A stretch of DNA of 64,000 nt from Acidobacteriota bacterium. Its GTDB lineage: Bacteria; Acidobacteriota; Thermoanaerobaculia; Multivoradales; JAGPDF01. A program made the position numbers and the translations under genes. Location of the stretch: positions 69,397 through 133,396 of the forward strand of contig JBDTNL010000001.1 in NCBI GenBank assembly GCA_039933785.1, read 5' to 3'. This document shows positions 63,506 through 64,000 of the stretch, in pieces. Position 1 is the stretch's first letter. Each line of letters begins with the position of its first letter. The notes under the pieces are model-generated. The model saw only the letters and a list, made by a program, of their open reading frames with translations, did no database searches and was not told the DNA's origin.

Positions 63506-64000
63506 CTATGCTCCTTCCGGCTTGCAGAATCGAAGGTCACCGTCCCCTACGAGCAGAAACGACAGTGCCCTCCAACCTTGCCGAGCATTGTTGTCGCCTG
63601 CTCTGGCACAGTGAAGGGTTTTGTAGAAGACCTCGTTGATTGACCGACTTTCGGTCGCGCCGGCGAGCTCGGCCCGAAAGCAGTTCAAGAACCGACCGGC
63701 GAGATCCGGCGCGATGTCGGCGTTTGTCGTAATGACGGAGCTCACTCCCGTCCGATTGAATCGTTCCGCGAATGACTGAGTTTCTCCGTGACCGCTGCTG
63801 CAAGCGTCGATGACAACGAGGGACGGCGATGCGAAGCCGTGGTCAATTCCTAGCGCCGTGACGACCGGGCCACCCGCATGGGAGTACAGCGTGCCATGGT
63901 CCGCGTCGTGATGACTGAGCAGAGTCAGGCAGAGCGGCTCCTCCTCCTCACCCGCGGCGAGCCACGCGCCCAAGTCGTCGATCGCTCCACCCAGGCGATC
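63506..64000 (-). CDS. CHAT-domain (caspase-like HetF-associated) protein, C-terminal part; N-terminus beyond window end
   Basis: …LLSHHDADHGTLYSHAGG…SLVVIDACSSGHGE…GVSSVITTNADIAPDLAGRFLNCFRAEL…EVFYKTLHCAR…GWRALSFLLVGDGDLRF has the His…Cys dyad spacing and the C-terminal W-x-F-x-L-G-D pattern of CHAT domains. Confidence 0.5.
   Translation of the reverse strand, partial: DRLGGAIDDLGAWLAAGEEEEPLCLTLLSHHDADHGTLYSHAGGPVVTALGIDHGFASPSLVVIDACSSGHGETQSFAERFNRTGVSSVITTNADIAPDLAGRFLNCFRAELAGATESRSINEVFYKTLHCARAGDNNARQGWRALSFLLVGDGDLRFCKPEGA

Noticed and set aside
1-64000. CRISPR arrays, IS elements, integrases, phage genes
   Set aside because: No repeat-spacer periodicity, no transposase/integrase-like ORFs and no terminal inverted repeats found. 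The only repeats are two short intragenic tandem repeats.

Overview
High-GC (~68%) bacterial chromosome window. The duplicated FtsX-type 'ADOP' permease and the CarboxypepD_reg-type TonB-like outer-membrane protein suggest an Acidobacteria-like organism. Coding is dense on both strands. Most six-frame ORFs are GC-driven shadow frames and were rejected.

Layout:
(i) 1-7.4 kb: two tandem sulfatase-domain+TPR paralogs (one cut by the window start and absent from the ORF track) and a large OMP with an AT-rich promoter island.
(ii) 7.4-20 kb: a conserved housekeeping block. It holds an RlmI-like methyltransferase, tRNA-Val x2, thrS-infC-rpmI-rplT-pheS-pheT, a ZapB-like coiled coil, a convergent threonine aldolase, zapA, a ~190-nt structured intergenic RNA (candidate 6S/SsrS), rny and ymdB.
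(iii) 20-34 kb: a cell-envelope glycosylation cluster. It holds GT2, a DPM-synthase-like GT2, a membrane NPP-type phosphodiesterase, two GT4s, three GT-C membrane glycosyltransferases (one DUF2723/TMEM260-like), a methyltransferase and a sulfatase with an unknown N-terminal domain.
(iv) 34-40.5 kb: an orphan ADOP permease, a UDP-galactopyranose-mutase-like flavoenzyme, a secreted SNase-like nuclease, an M28 peptidase and a pol-beta nucleotidyltransferase + small-protein pair.
(v) 40.5-46.1 kb: a Rieske oxygenase / GcvT-family / two CrtI-like FAD oxidoreductases block, a candidate demethylation pathway.
(vi) 46.1-46.9 kb: a membrane-anchored secreted protein with striking TIMP/NTR-like features.
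(vii) 47-61 kb: a frameshifted FAD monooxygenase and a secreted-protein and peptidase-rich stretch. It holds two DUF885 proteins, M28-PA, M61, two cyclophilins, an SGL lactonase-like protein, a GIY-YIG protein and a Cys-bracketed triple-repeat protein rich in N-x-S/T sequons.
(viii) 62-64 kb: a metallophosphoesterase and a partial CHAT-domain protein.

No CRISPR array, IS element or integrase was seen.
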